From: Anolis carolinensis
Taxonomy: Eukaryota
Assembly: GCF_035594765.1 (NCBI RefSeq)
Contig: NC_085841.1
Span: 225,959,326-226,023,325, forward strand
Direction: 5' to 3'
DNA length: 64,000 nucleotides
Shown here one piece after another: positions 63,475 to 64,000 of this stretch. The number at the start of each line of letters is the position of its first letter. Within the stretch, counting starts at the first letter, position 1. A model generated the notes under the pieces. It ran no database searches, was not told the DNA's origin, and saw only the letters and a program-made list of their open reading frames with translations. Position numbers and translations under genes: made by a program.

Positions 63475-64000
63475 TAGATGCACCCTATGTCCTCCAGCAT
63501 GACTGGAGGAAGTTGGCCATAGGGTTGCATTGGGTGACCTAGAGATTCTGGGAGATAACATAAATAAAATCAGTGAATAATCAAATTCGCAAAAGTCAAG
63601 ACTGCAAATGTGGTAGCTGTATAAACAAATCTAGTTTAGGTCTTCCATCTGGATATAGAAATATAATTTTCTGACAATTAACCTATTATAATCAATTGAT
63701 TAGTTCTTAACTATTCTTTAATGAAAAAGTATGAGTGGGTGGGAGTTGGTGCTAAAAGGCACAGTAAAAGAAGACTGCCTTCTGTAAAAGTTGCCACTCG
63801 GTACCCAAAGAGCAGAGAAAGCCATGCACTCCCTTTGTAGGCATGTCCTCATTCCAGCTTCGGATGCTAGAATAAGGGCTAAAGCTTCCTGTCTTGGGGG
63901 ATTCAGCTTGAGGACATGGTCCTGGAAAGTGAGCTCCTGTGCTGTAGAAATTTCCCATTATTTGAATGGGTTCATACATTCTGCAATGTGTGATGTTTCT

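Overview
Eukaryotic, AT-rich vertebrate DNA. The repeat content (Sauria-type SINEs, SPIN/hAT MITEs, Helitrons, Penelope, RTE, L2, CR1) points to a squamate reptile, most likely an Anolis-type lizard. The window is dominated by one minus-strand gene, ACVR2A (activin receptor type IIA). Coding exons 1-10 can be placed to the base: 57317 down to 838, sizes 55/208/110/155/144/144/146/115/139/131 nt = 1347 nt = 449 codons. The last coding exon lies left of the window. A CpG-island promoter sits at about 58180-59250. Apart from read-through fragments of these exons and decayed LINE remnants, none of the supplied ORFs looks real. The most notable observations are: (1) an intact 24-nt in-frame microexon (HAFHIMIE, the neural ActRIIA-N isoform) in intron 4, with a full set of neural splicing motifs; (2) a non-canonical GC donor on intron 2; (3) an exon 2-4 block framed by inverted lineage-specific repeats, which suggests a circRNA; (4) nested and cargo-carrying Helitrons; (5) a palindromic Penelope remnant with two decayed hammerhead ribozymes abutting the promoter; (6) a Tigger-like element that appears to have copied about 280 bp of neighbouring intron. 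I found no convincing wholly new biological system. Repeat family names come from recognition, not from a database search.
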